A stretch of DNA of 64,000 nucleotides from an uncultured Candidatus Saccharibacteria bacterium (GCA_964581595.1 CAZOPB010000004.1:12018-76017), one strand, 5' to 3'. Counted from the first letter of the stretch, positions 42,511 to 52,557 are shown. Notes: a model not told the origin generated them from the sequence alone. Program-made: numbers and translations.

Positions 42511-43887
42511 TTAGATTTCTTCGTAATTATCGCCCTCATTAGTATCATCTTCAATCATAATCCATTCGCCGGTCTCTTCGTCGTAGATGAAATCCATGTC
42601 ATCGTATTCGTTATTATTACCAAGCATCTCCGTGATGGCTTCGACTAGCATATCGACGAGGTCACTAATCGGACGGTAATTTTCGGGAGCCTCTATGCTG
42701 ACTTCTGGGTGACTAAATTCAAAGTTACCGGCAAATTCCGTATCGTTTTGTTTATAGCTGACTCCAGCACTAACTAGCTCATGCCCGAAATCTCTGATAC
42801 CGAGCGTAAACTCAGTGCCTTCGAGACCTTCGCGGATCTTGTCGGCTTCGGCAGACGTATTCTCGAAATTAACCTCACCACCTAAATCATCGACAATGTA
42901 TTTGCGAATACAATTCTCGGCGCTCTTGGCAGCTTCTGACTCCATAAGAGCATTAGAAAAGCTGGCCATTTTGTCATAGTCAATATTAACGCTGTAATTA
43001 GTGACACCGCTAGCCTTAGATTTATTAGACGAAGGAGCAATATTAACAAACCGATTCTGACTATAAACCGAAGCAATTTCGCCATTGATATCACTATGAG
43101 CGACATTCACTAGACAAGCATAGAATTCTTTAGTGGAACGAGCAAGCGCAGGGTCTTCTACGACATTATCAACGACGTCATCTACATCGACTTGCCACCA
43201 CTCGCCATCGACATTACTAAGAAGCTTGTAGATGGCCTGGCCGCTAGCGTCGAGGTCATCGATAGTAATTGACATATCATCCATGAATAAATCTACGGTA
43301 TCCATGAGCTTACCAGTGCGAAAATAGAAAACGCCATCCGACATGACGATGCCGCCGAGCTCGACTTCGTATTGATTATCCGAGAGCAGCTCGCCATTAG
43401 CATCGAGCATACTAGCCTTAATGGTGACGATGCCATCACCCGAAGTAGTAGTAGATTTATTCTTAAGATCGACAGTAATCGAGACTTCACCATTGTCGGT
43501 ATTGGCGTGGCCGGTAAAGGTACCATCGCTGACGACGGTCTTTTGCTGCAAAAAGCCATTGATAGCATCAAAAGCAACCTTTTCTGGATTGTTATAATAG
43601 AGGAAATACCAAGCCGCAGCGCCGCCTAGCCCGAGAATAAGGACTAGCACGATGATAATAACTGCGATGAGGCCTTTATGCTTTTTCTTGGATGGAGTGG
43701 CTGGCGCAACGACGGAGCCATCAGCTCCAGTGACCATAGCAGGATTGTTTGCTGCCTGGCCTGGAATATTCCCGTTTGATAAATTATCGGCACTGACAGC
43801 ACCAGGATTAGCATTAGTATTTGCGGGTTGATTGTTTTGATTTGGCGTATCGCCTCCGCTTCCCTGCATCACGGGGTTTTGGTCCAT
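42511..43887 (-). CDS. single-pass membrane protein with a low-complexity N-terminus and an acidic C-terminus, hypothetical
   Basis: The ATG at 43887 follows AAGGAGGG. The TM helix is GLIAVIIIVLVLILGLGGAAAWYFLYY. It appears to be co-oriented in one operon with the ftsA-like gene. Confidence 0.6.
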   Translation of the reverse strand: MDQNPVMQGSGGDTPNQNNQPANTNANPGAVSADNLSNGNIPGQAANNPAMVTGADGSVVAPATPSKKKHKGLIAVIIIVLVLILGLGGAAAWYFLYYNNPEKVAFDAINGFLQQKTVVSDGTFTGHANTDNGEVSITVDLKNKSTTTSGDGIVTIKASMLDANGELLSDNQYEVELGGIVMSDGVFYFRTGKLMDTVDLFMDDMSITIDDLDASGQAIYKLLSNVDGEWWQVDVDDVVDNVVEDPALARSTKEFYACLVNVAHSDINGEIASVYSQNRFVNIAPSSNKSKASGVTNYSVNIDYDKMASFSNALMESEAAKSAENCIRKYIVDDLGGEVNFENTSAEADKIREGLEGTEFTLGIRDFGHELVSAGVSYKQNDTEFAGNFEFSHPEVSIEAPENYRPISDLVDMLVEAITEMLGNNNEYDDMDFIYDEETGEWIMIEDDTNEGDNYEEI

Positions 43888-44001
43888 AGCCCTCCTTACT
43901 TTTACTTCATTATAACACAAGAATTCAAAAAGTGTAAAGATTTTATGCTTTATGGAAGGATTTATTATACGTTTATGCTAATCTTGTGTTATAATCTACT
44001 T

Positions 44002-45288
44002 ATGGATAGTTTCGTAATAAAAGACATAAAAGCACGGCAGGTTCTCGATAGCCGTGGGAATCCGACAGTAGAGGCGGATGTTTTCTTAAATTCTGGGCAC
44101 GCGGCGAGGGCAATTGTTCCGTCTGGCGCATCGACTGGCGATGGCGAGGCATTGGAACTACGCGATGGCGACCCAAAGTATTACAATGGCAAGAGCGTAG
44201 CGAAAGCAGTCTGGAATGTAAATCATGAGATTCATGATTTGCTGGTAGGAAATTCGGCCGACCAGACGCAAGTCGATCAGCTAATGCTAGAGCTGGACGG
44301 TACGGAAAATAAGAGCCGCTTGGGGGCGAATGCGATTCTAGCGGTGTCGCTAGCCGTAGCGAAGGCGGCGGCTAAGGCGAAGAATCTGCCTTTCTATCAA
44401 TATATCGCGAGCATCGCAGGGACGACGCGTGATATGTGCTTGCCGCTGCCAATGATGAATGTGATGAATGGTGGGGCACATGCAGATTGGTGCACGGATT
44501 TTCAGGAGTATATGATTATCCCGCGTGGGGCAGGCTCGATTAGCGAAGCGATCCGAATGGGCGCAGAAGTGTTCCAAGCCTTAAAGCGCGTACTGAAAGA
44601 CCGTGGCTATCCAGTGACCGTCGGCGACGAAGGTGGGTATGGACCAAAGGTGCGTGAAGGCAACAATGAACCACTTGAGTGTATCATGATGGCAATTGAG
44701 GCAGCTGGTTATCAGGCTGGGCAAGATGTAGTGATTGGGATGGACGTGGCGGCTTCGGAGTTTTGGAATCACGACCATTACGAGCTAAAGACCGATGGCT
44801 CCTGGAAGACGTCGGCGGATATGATTGATTGGTACAATTGGATTATTGACAATTATCCGGTAGTAAGTATTGAAGACGGGCTCGATCAGCATGACTGGGC
44901 GGGATGGAAAGTCTTGACCGAGCGGCTAGGCAATCGGATCCAGATCGTTGGAGATGATCTCTTCGTGACAAATGTGAAGCTGCTCGAGTATGGCATCAAT
45001 GAGCATGCGGCGAACGCGATTTTGATTAAGCCAAATCAAATCGGGACGCTGACGGAGACGATCGCAGCGGTGAAGATGGCAAAAGACGCCGGCTTTAGAA
45101 CGGTCATGTCACACCGTTCGGGCGAGACTGAAGATACGAGCATTGCACATATTGCCGTAGGTCTCGGAACTGGCCAGATTAAGACTGGGTCCTTATCAAG
45201 GTCAGAGCGGATCGCGAAGTATAATGAGCTAATTAGAATTGCAGAGGATCGGCCGGATTTGAGATTGGCGGAACCCTTCGGGCGATAA
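44002..45288 (+). CDS. eno: enolase
   Basis: IKARQVLDSRGNPTVEADV, SHRSGETED and IKTGSLSRSERIAKYN are present. The ATG at 44002 lies 6 nt after TGTTATAAT (43990-43995). The longer track ORF from 43828 has no support. Confidence 0.95.
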   Translation: MDSFVIKDIKARQVLDSRGNPTVEADVFLNSGHAARAIVPSGASTGDGEALELRDGDPKYYNGKSVAKAVWNVNHEIHDLLVGNSADQTQVDQLMLELDGTENKSRLGANAILAVSLAVAKAAAKAKNLPFYQYIASIAGTTRDMCLPLPMMNVMNGGAHADWCTDFQEYMIIPRGAGSISEAIRMGAEVFQALKRVLKDRGYPVTVGDEGGYGPKVREGNNEPLECIMMAIEAAGYQAGQDVVIGMDVAASEFWNHDHYELKTDGSWKTSADMIDWYNWIIDNYPVVSIEDGLDQHDWAGWKVLTERLGNRIQIVGDDLFVTNVKLLEYGINEHAANAILIKPNQIGTLTETIAAVKMAKDAGFRTVMSHRSGETEDTSIAHIAVGLGTGQIKTGSLSRSERIAKYNELIRIAEDRPDLRLAEPFGR

Positions 45289-45310
45289 AGTTACAAAATA
45301 AGAGCATGAG

Positions 45311-45341
45311 AAATCCCCAACCGAGAGGTTGGGGATTTTTT
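45311..45341. terminator. bidirectional intrinsic terminator between eno and the convergent lipoprotein gene
   Basis: AAATCCCCAACC-gaga-GGTTGGGGATTTTTT, with A/T runs on both sides. Confidence 0.8.
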
Positions 45342-45387
45342 GCGATAACATAGAAAGTCCCGACCTACTAGAGGCCGGGGCGTGTGG

Positions 45388-45984
45388 CTAGCTAAATTTG
45401 GGAACGACGCGCTGGAAATTGCCATCCTCGATGAGGAAATAGGCGGATTCGTACTGCGCAGAACTGGCTTCAATGGATACAACGAAGATTCTTTCGTCTT
45501 TCAGCTCGGTTTCACTCCAATAGAGACAGGTATTGCTAGGCGAGTCGGGAGCGTTCGGGTCGCGCCGGCCAACACAAAGCAGATCCGCTTGCCCGCTCCA
45601 TTTCTTCAGGAAGGCAAGACTGACGCCGGAGTCTTCTAATATCTCCTTGAGGAGGCCGAGCATGGCGAGCTGAACGTCGCCGCCGTTTTCGCCATCGAGC
45701 AAATCGTCGAGATAGATGGGGTCGCTATTCTCGATGTCGATTTGCTGCAACTTTTGCGGAAAGGCAGAGATGGTGGCCGCCAAGGTTTCCGGCCACATGA
45801 GACACTCCTGATAGAGGGCGTTGGCGGTCTCCTGGAATTCATCGGTGCGGCCCGATTCAAGACCGGCCGGAGTATCTGCAGAATCGCTTGCGCCAGAGGA
45901 ACAGCCGCACAGACCACAGAGACAAATGACAGACAGGATAATTGCGATAATACGACGAGATTTAGTGATAGACGGATTGAACAT
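45388..45984 (-). CDS. lipoprotein, hypothetical
   Basis: The signal peptide with lipobox is IILSVICLCGLCGC-SSG. AGGAGG lies upstream. The gene is noticeably more GC-rich than its surroundings. Confidence 0.65.
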   Translation of the reverse strand: MFNPSITKSRRIIAIILSVICLCGLCGCSSGASDSADTPAGLESGRTDEFQETANALYQECLMWPETLAATISAFPQKLQQIDIENSDPIYLDDLLDGENGGDVQLAMLGLLKEILEDSGVSLAFLKKWSGQADLLCVGRRDPNAPDSPSNTCLYWSETELKDERIFVVSIEASSAQYESAYFLIEDGNFQRVVPKFS

Positions 45985-46262
45985 ATTTATATCCTCCTAA
46001 TTTTTGTCGCCACTTATAAGCGGCTTTCGACCTGATGTTAGATTAGAACGAAAGCTGCTTATAAATAGCGTGGCTAGCCGAAAAGAACGATAGGAAATTC
46101 CCTATTGCTTTTATTATATCACAAGTTGAGGAAAATACAAGAGTGCGAAGTCTAGTATCTCCGTCAATAGAGTTAGAGTAGACAGAAAGGATGTCATCTC
46201 CGGAATTAGCGTTTAGTGAACTTCTTGGGGACCGGCGTCCAGCCAGCCCGCCGTTGCATTAA

Positions 46263-46549
46263 GTTCCTGCGTAAATCCCTAGCATTTCCGCCAACGGAGT
46301 CGGGGCGAGCATTATCGTCGATCTAGTGTTCATATTGTTCACCTAAAGCCTTTCCAGCTTCTCTAGGTTCGGTAGTACAATAGTTTCCTGTAGTATAATC
46401 CCTAGCATTTCCGCCAACGGAGTCAAGGTGGCGCTCTCGTCAATGCGAGATAATAATTTTTACTCCGACAATCCCGAGCGCAATTCCGACCCGCGCCAGC
46501 CTATTCAATGTTCAAGACTCCTTATGGCGGAGAATGCTAGGGATTCTCC
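46263..46549. repeat. two direct copies plus one inverted partial copy of a 28-nt sequence in an ORF-free spacer
   Basis: AATCCCTAGCATTTCCGCCAACGGAGTC occurs at 46274-46301 and 46397-46424 (identical, 123-bp period, with flanks partly similar from 46263 and 46383). An inverted 22-nt copy (about 20/22 matches) lies at 46524-46545 and forms the hairpin GGAGAAT-N7-ATTCTCC (46529-46549) that abuts the FISUMP-454 stop. Confidence 0.85.
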
Positions 46550-47832
46550 TAATTCTGAGTCGCGGTGATGGTGATATTAGTAGAGTATTCACCATTTGGG
46601 AGGTCGGGGGCGGTGGAGATGCCAATAGTAAAGGGGATGGTTTTGATTTCTGCACCACTAGCAGTATAAAAAGTTTGGAGAGAAGTGGTTAGAGCAGCAT
46701 AATTAGTATCATCTTTTAGTTTAATTCCCCAGCCATTCTCTGCGGTATTTAATAAGCCAGATTTGGAGGGAATGGTAGTAGAACTTGTGGAAGAAGTTAG
46801 AGCGGGGTTAGCAGAACTTATACTAACACTATATGGCTGATTGGAGGCGACTAAGGCCGAGAAGGCGGCGGTGGAGGGATTTACTTCACTTTTCTTTACT
46901 TCTACCTCATTTGTTACGTCGAGAGAGATAGTATTATTTATTGCAACTTCTACATTATTGCTTGGAGTTGATTCGGAGCGGGCGATACAGCGGACATTAT
47001 TACCAAATATACGATTGAACTGTCGGCCACCAAAATTCATGAATTCGTTGTATGGGGATGGACTGAAAGATAGTCCGAATGCACTATCCGCACTGTGCGC
47101 AGTATCGGAATAGTATTCACCATATTGGTATAATGCACCTAATTCTCCGCTAGAGCTGATATATCCCCCCTGTACAAAGCGGTATGGTTGCTCTAAGAGC
47201 TTTTTAGTAGCTACCCCATTTAATAGTTCATAAAAGTTGCCTGAATCAGCGCCTCCAGCTGGAAGCCGCCAGCCCTTCGGACATATACTTGAACTTGCTT
47301 GAATGCTTACAATGTCAGAATTGCCCGTGCCAGCTGTGGCTGTAAACCAATTATAATATCCGCCACAATCTTTGGTTTCATAGTACGCCTTAGATTGATA
47401 CTGGTTAGTAGAATTGAAGCTAGAAATATCGGAGACAGGAACAATGAAAGCCCCTGTTTTCATGTCGCTATCTGACCAACTTATTACTTTACCTACGATT
47501 CGTAAATTCTGCGTCATCCAGCAATTTGATTCATCATTAACACTATTTTTAATCCTTGCAACTGTATAATCACTTTCATCTCGTTTATCGATTAAGGTAT
47601 ATTGTTTATTTAATTCTGAGTTTTGACAAATTTCCGGCGTAATATCCTGCATATAAGTAATATCATCCATAGTACGAGTTTCTTTTTCTGGATAAATTAC
47701 GGTTTCTGCATGAGATAGTTCTGGAGTATAAGTTAATGCGGAAAAAACAAGGAAGGCACCAATGATACAAATAGAAGCTATTATAGATCTGGTTAATAAC
47801 TTATGATTTCTTGGTTTATGTATTAGTAGCAT
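46549..47832 (-). CDS. FISUMP-domain surface protein (signal anchor + FISUMP domain + C-terminal beta-rich domain)
   Basis: The ATG at 47832 lies 4 nt after GGAGGG (rc 47837-47842). The anchor is IIASICIIGAFLVFSAL. FISUMP motifs are NCWMTQNL, CPKGWRLP and NVRCIAR. The C-terminal about 130 aa resemble the N-terminal beta-rich domain of the 512-aa paralog. Confidence 0.8.
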   Translation of the reverse strand: MLLIHKPRNHKLLTRSIIASICIIGAFLVFSALTYTPELSHAETVIYPEKETRTMDDITYMQDITPEICQNSELNKQYTLIDKRDESDYTVARIKNSVNDESNCWMTQNLRIVGKVISWSDSDMKTGAFIVPVSDISSFNSTNQYQSKAYYETKDCGGYYNWFTATAGTGNSDIVSIQASSSICPKGWRLPAGGADSGNFYELLNGVATKKLLEQPYRFVQGGYISSSGELGALYQYGEYYSDTAHSADSAFGLSFSPSPYNEFMNFGGRQFNRIFGNNVRCIARSESTPSNNVEVAINNTISLDVTNEVEVKKSEVNPSTAAFSALVASNQPYSVSISSANPALTSSTSSTTIPSKSGLLNTAENGWGIKLKDDTNYAALTTSLQTFYTASGAEIKTIPFTIGISTAPDLPNGEYSTNITITATQN

Positions 47833-48060
47833 GGTGCCCTCCATTAGATTAGTAACTCGCAGAGAGCTAAAACAAAAGCGACACCGCGAGGGGTGTTCAA
47901 GCCTTTCAATCAATCAACATATAATGTCAATCCGACTGTCGCGATGTCGCATACTGGGATTTACATTATAACGTTGTTTTACAAAAAACAAACTGTTGAT
48001 TGAATTAAATTATGAAAAGCTTGAACAATTCTATTTTACCGCAGTTTTTTAATTATCACA
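47833..48060 (-). promoter_or_regulatory. promoter and structured leader of about 200 nt for the 454-aa FISUMP gene
   Basis: The extended -10 is TGTGATAAT (rc 48052-48060). A long imperfect hairpin spans 47906-48006, with outer arms CAATCAACA/TGTTGATTG and inner 14-bp arms TATAATGTCAATCC / GGATTTACATTATA carrying 1 mismatch. The block shared with the 512-aa leader lies at 47869-47900. Confidence 0.6.
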
Positions 48061-48577
48061 AGCCCATCTTTTCCGAAAAAACCGCTAAAAATTGAAGATT
48101 TTTCGAGTTATTTAACACTTTGTTAAGAAACGCAGGATTTTATCGTTTACATCAGGTATAATTACTGATACGATAGGAGCAGAGCGGAAACTCTGGCGCA
48201 GCTACTATCTGGTCGATAAATATCAAATATTAGCAGGTTAACATGATTGGAAGGTGGGCTATATGGTTCGAAAAGCTTCTTTAGAGCTGACGATTAAAAA
48301 CCGTCAAATCCAAAAAGTGAAAATTACCGTCAGCGAAAGCTAACAGTAATTTTCTCAAATCTATAACTCCATTCTAGCAAACTTTTTGTAAGTCGTCAAT
48401 CTTTCCGCTCTTTTTTGATTTAGTCTGGAAAGCGCTCAGAGGCTATCTAGAGGCTGCAGGAGGGGCTTAGCATAAGCACCTTGCCTATACCAAGGTTTGA
48501 GGTAAAAATTGCTTCTAGGGGCTCTAGATGGTCTCAGGCGTCAAATTCACCTTCGAATCACCACAAAAACTCGGCTT

Positions 48578-51500
48578 CTACTGTACTTTCACGCAATTTT
48601 CGCCCAAGAGCTCACTGAGGGGCTTAGTAAGCTCATCGCTGACATCAACGCGAAAAGGTAGGCGGACAGGGCGTTTGCCGGATTCGTCCTTTAATACCAG
48701 GATGATATCTTGTACGCCAGGATTGAGCTGGCAAAGGTGACGGATTTCCGACAGATTATCAGCATTATTTGGGTCCTCGATAAGGACATAGAGTTTCTCC
48801 TTGCGCGGATCGTGCGGCGGAGTGACTACCCTCCGAGGAGCTTCCTCTACAGCCGGAGTACTACTGCCACTTCTACGATAGCCACCGCCGACGCTACTAG
48901 CCCTAGAGCTACTGCGGCGAGTGGGTTTTGGCGCATCCTTCGGGAGTGGTAGTTTCTGACCGGTAGATTGATAGCTCTCCAGCAGCTCGTCAGGGATGAC
49001 TTCGACCGAATCAGCAATAATCTTGACTTCGGATGTAATATTGCCATCTTTATCCTTGGCGTTAACTCGGCCGGAGACCTTAACGACATTATCCTGAACT
49101 AATTTAGCACCGATTTCTTCATAGAGGCTCGGAAAAACGATTACTTCTTGTTCGGTAGTTTTATTCTCAAGCTTGACGAAGGCCATGCGAGTATTGCTCT
49201 TCGTAACAATCGTACGGATAGCACTAATGATGCCGCCAATAATAACTGCCTTGCCATCATTCTCGGCAGCGACCAATTCATAAGGGTGAGTCTGCTCTTC
49301 AAAATAGGTATCATAACGGTCAAGCGGATGACTGGAGATATAGAGTCCCATGAGGTCGCGTTCCCAAAGCAGCTTTTCTTTCTCTGGCACTTGAGCGGGG
49401 GATTTTTTGATTTCTGGCTCCGGGATAGCTCCAGCATCGCCCATGGCGCCGAAGAGGTCAGTCTGGCCGCTAGCGGCATCTTTTTGGCGCTTTGCGCCGT
49501 AAGCTTGGATATTCTCTAGATTAAATAGTAGATCATTACGATCGCCAAAGCTATCGAAAGCACCGGTCTTGATGGCGGATTCCCAGGATTTTTTGTTGAA
49601 TTTACTAGAATTAACGCGGGCAGCAAAATCGCAAACGCTCTTGAACGGACCATTTTTATCACGTTCAGGGATGACAAACTCTTCGACCAAGGCCTTGCCC
49701 ATGTTCTTAATACCAGAGAGGCCGAAACGGATTTTCTTCTCGGTGCCGACGATACCAAAATCGCCATAGGATTCATTAATATCGGGGCCAAGGACGGGAA
49801 TTCCCATGCGTTTGCACTCGGTAATCTCAATCGCTAAACGATCGGTCGATCGCATATCCGCCGTCATCAACGCCGCCATAAAGGCATCCGGGTAATGCGC
49901 CTTGAGATAAGCCGTCCAGTATGCCACGAGGCCATAACACGCGGCGTGGGATTTGTTGAAACAATAATTCGCGAAATCGAGCAGCTCGCGCCAGAATTCC
50001 TCGGCAATTTCCTCAGTAGCACCGCCGATTTCTACGGCGCCTTTGATAAATTCCGGCTTTACCTTGTTCATGAGGTCGACTTTTTTCTTACCGACAGCCT
50101 TGCGCAAAGTATCGGCCTGACCGCCGGTAAAGCCACACCATTCACGCGAGATCTGCATGAACTGCTCCTGATAAATCATAATGCCGTAAGTATCTTTGAG
50201 GGAATTTTCTAGGCCCGGGTGTAGATAGGTGATCGGTTCTTTCCCGTGTTTACGACGAATGAAGCTATCAATAAATTGCATTGGGCCTGGGCGATAGAGG
50301 GCCACCATAGCGATGATATCCTCAAAACGGTTGGCCTGAAGATCTTTGAGATAGCGTTTCATACCGGCCGATTCCAGCTGGAAGACGCCAGTAGTCTCAG
50401 CGCGCTGGAGGAGCTTGTAAGTTTCTTCATCATCCAGAGGTAAGTTATACATATTAACTTCTTCGTGATAGACTTTGCGGATCATACGCAGAGCATTATT
50501 AATCACGCTCAAGTTCGAAAGGCCGAGAAAGTCCATCTTGAGCAAGCCTAATTCCTCAATCTGCGGACCAGGGTATTGGGTCGTGAGGGGTCCCTTGGCA
50601 CTAACTTCCATAGGAAGGAACTTAACCAAATCATCTGGTGCAATCACCACGCCACAAGCGTGAACACCATGGCTACGAATAGTACCCTCCAAGCGCTCGG
50701 CAAAATTCAAAACTTCGTGCGAAATCGGATTACTATCATACTCATTTTTCAGATCTGGAACTTCTTTGATAGCACGACCAATCGGCACATGATGCCCCTG
50801 CTCAGGATCAGGCACTAATTTAGCCAACCTATCGGCGTCCGCATACGGTACTTCCATGACCCGCGCTACATCGCGCACGGCCATCTTACCCATCATCTTA
50901 CCGAAAGTGACTATATTCCCCACCCTACCTTCGCCATACTTCCTAGTACAGTATTCAATAACCTCGTCGCGGCGAGTATCCTGAATATCAGTATCGATAT
51001 CTGGCATAGAAATACGGTCAGGATTCAAAAAGCGCTCGAAAAGTAAATCATACTTCAGCGGGTCAAGCTCAGTAATTCTCAGAGCATACGCCAAAATACT
51101 ACCAGCGGCCGAGCCACGGCCAGGGCCGTAGACAATACGCTGGCTCTTGCCCCAGTTAATAAAGTCCTGCACGATCAAGAAATAGCCGTTGTATCCCATC
51201 TTATCGACGACGCTGAGTTCATAGTCGATGCGCGGAAGAATCTTGAGTTTCTCCTCAGCGCGTTCGGGAGTTTTGTCGACTGCTTCGAGCATTTTACGGC
51301 ATTCAGCAATCTCGAGATCTAAGGTATCCTCAAGCTTATAACCGCAATAGCGATAAACTAGCCCCTGGAAAACTAGCTTATCAAGATAGGCTTTCTCAAG
51401 CTGCTGCGACGTAGCATTATTTACGTCATCTAGCTCTAGTTTCTTCAGGGCTTCTTCGGGTACAGGAAACTTCGGAATCAAAATCCGCCCTAGCTGAAGA

Positions 51501-52381
51501 TCAATATTGCAGCGATCGGCAATGCGGCGAGTGTTGCGGACAGCCTCGGGGCAAGTCTTACCCCAGCGATCAAGAATTTCTTGAGGAGGAATGACATGTA
51601 GCTCAAAATCCTTGAGCGACATGCGGTTAGGGTTGGAGAGATTTGAAGCGGTACCGACACAGAGAAGGACTTCGTGAGCATCCTGATCTTCGTGTTTGAG
51701 GTAATGAGCATCGCAGGTCACCACGAGCGGAATATCAGTCTCGTCATGAATTTTCATGAGCTCATTATTTACCTTCATCTGCTCATCCCAGTGTGTAGGC
51801 GAATCGGGATGACCATGGTCCTGCATTTCGAGGTAAAAGCGATCACTATAGAGTTTATGATACCATTCAACTAGCTCGCGAGCACGCTTGGGATCATCGG
51901 CACGAATAGCTTCGGAAATCTCAGAACCAGCACAGCCGGAGAGACAGATGATTCCCTCGCTGTATTTTTCCATGCTTTTATGATCAATGCGCGGTTTGTA
52001 ATATTTACCGTGAATCTCGGCCTCGGTCATCAGACGACAAAGATTCTCGAAGCCTTGATTATTCATAGCAAGAAGGGTAATATGAAAGCGCTGCTTATCA
52101 TGGGCAGGATCACGGTCTTCCATATTACGGGCGGCGACGTAAGCTTCAAGACCAAGAATAGGCTTGATACCGGCGTCATTGCAGGTCTTGTAGAGTTCAA
52201 CTAGGCCGCTCATCGTACCGTGATCGGTAACGGCGACGGCTTCCATACCAAGATTTTTGACAAAGTCAACCAGCTCGGGAATTTTAGTCAGACCGTCGAG
52301 CAAAGAATAATGAGTGTGGTTGTGCAAATGGACGAAATCGCTGACTTTTAGTGGTTCGCCTTCTTTAGTTACCTCCGTCAT
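48578..52381 (-). CDS. dnaE: DNA polymerase III alpha subunit (DnaE) with a C-terminal extension of about 100 aa
   Basis: The PHP domain reads FVHLHNHTHYSLLDG, the palm/fingers contain GPGRGSAAGS, followed by an OB region, an R/S-rich linker and an extra terminal module. TATAAT (rc 52388-52393) ends 6 nt before the ATG. Confidence 0.95.
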   Translation of the reverse strand: MTEVTKEGEPLKVSDFVHLHNHTHYSLLDGLTKIPELVDFVKNLGMEAVAVTDHGTMSGLVELYKTCNDAGIKPILGLEAYVAARNMEDRDPAHDKQRFHITLLAMNNQGFENLCRLMTEAEIHGKYYKPRIDHKSMEKYSEGIICLSGCAGSEISEAIRADDPKRARELVEWYHKLYSDRFYLEMQDHGHPDSPTHWDEQMKVNNELMKIHDETDIPLVVTCDAHYLKHEDQDAHEVLLCVGTASNLSNPNRMSLKDFELHVIPPQEILDRWGKTCPEAVRNTRRIADRCNIDLQLGRILIPKFPVPEEALKKLELDDVNNATSQQLEKAYLDKLVFQGLVYRYCGYKLEDTLDLEIAECRKMLEAVDKTPERAEEKLKILPRIDYELSVVDKMGYNGYFLIVQDFINWGKSQRIVYGPGRGSAAGSILAYALRITELDPLKYDLLFERFLNPDRISMPDIDTDIQDTRRDEVIEYCTRKYGEGRVGNIVTFGKMMGKMAVRDVARVMEVPYADADRLAKLVPDPEQGHHVPIGRAIKEVPDLKNEYDSNPISHEVLNFAERLEGTIRSHGVHACGVVIAPDDLVKFLPMEVSAKGPLTTQYPGPQIEELGLLKMDFLGLSNLSVINNALRMIRKVYHEEVNMYNLPLDDEETYKLLQRAETTGVFQLESAGMKRYLKDLQANRFEDIIAMVALYRPGPMQFIDSFIRRKHGKEPITYLHPGLENSLKDTYGIMIYQEQFMQISREWCGFTGGQADTLRKAVGKKKVDLMNKVKPEFIKGAVEIGGATEEIAEEFWRELLDFANYCFNKSHAACYGLVAYWTAYLKAHYPDAFMAALMTADMRSTDRLAIEITECKRMGIPVLGPDINESYGDFGIVGTEKKIRFGLSGIKNMGKALVEEFVIPERDKNGPFKSVCDFAARVNSSKFNKKSWESAIKTGAFDSFGDRNDLLFNLENIQAYGAKRQKDAASGQTDLFGAMGDAGAIPEPEIKKSPAQVPEKEKLLWERDLMGLYISSHPLDRYDTYFEEQTHPYELVAAENDGKAVIIGGIISAIRTIVTKSNTRMAFVKLENKTTEQEVIVFPSLYEEIGAKLVQDNVVKVSGRVNAKDKDGNITSEVKIIADSVEVIPDELLESYQSTGQKLPLPKDAPKPTRRSSSRASSVGGGYRRSGSSTPAVEEAPRRVVTPPHDPRKEKLYVLIEDPNNADNLSEIRHLCQLNPGVQDIILVLKDESGKRPVRLPFRVDVSDELTKPLSELLGENCVKVQ

Positions 52382-52475
52382 ATATTTATTATAGCGCAGA
52401 ATGGGGATTTTTGGGAGAGAAAAACTGCGCTGATTACAAACTCTTTACGCTTTTACCGAAGATGGGCACAAAATA

Positions 52476-52543
52476 TTGACTTTTTAACTAATGTGTGCTA
52501 TAATAGAAGTATAGGGCTGTTTTTGAGCTCTGGTTCTTTGGGA
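52476..52543 (+). promoter_or_regulatory. promoter/leader cassette copy P1
   Basis: TTGACT (52476-52481), 17 nt, TGcTATAAT (52499-52504). The leader blocks are GGGCTGTTTTTGA (52514-52526) and GTTCTTTGGGA (52533-52543). Confidence 0.7.
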
Positions 52544-52557
52544 ATAGGAGGAGGAAT

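Noticed and set aside
46274-46424. Possible mini-CRISPR (28-nt direct repeats)
   Set aside because: There are only two direct copies, with a spacer of about 95 nt. The third copy is inverted, there are no cas genes in the window, and the repeat flanks are also partly similar. It does not fit a CRISPR array.
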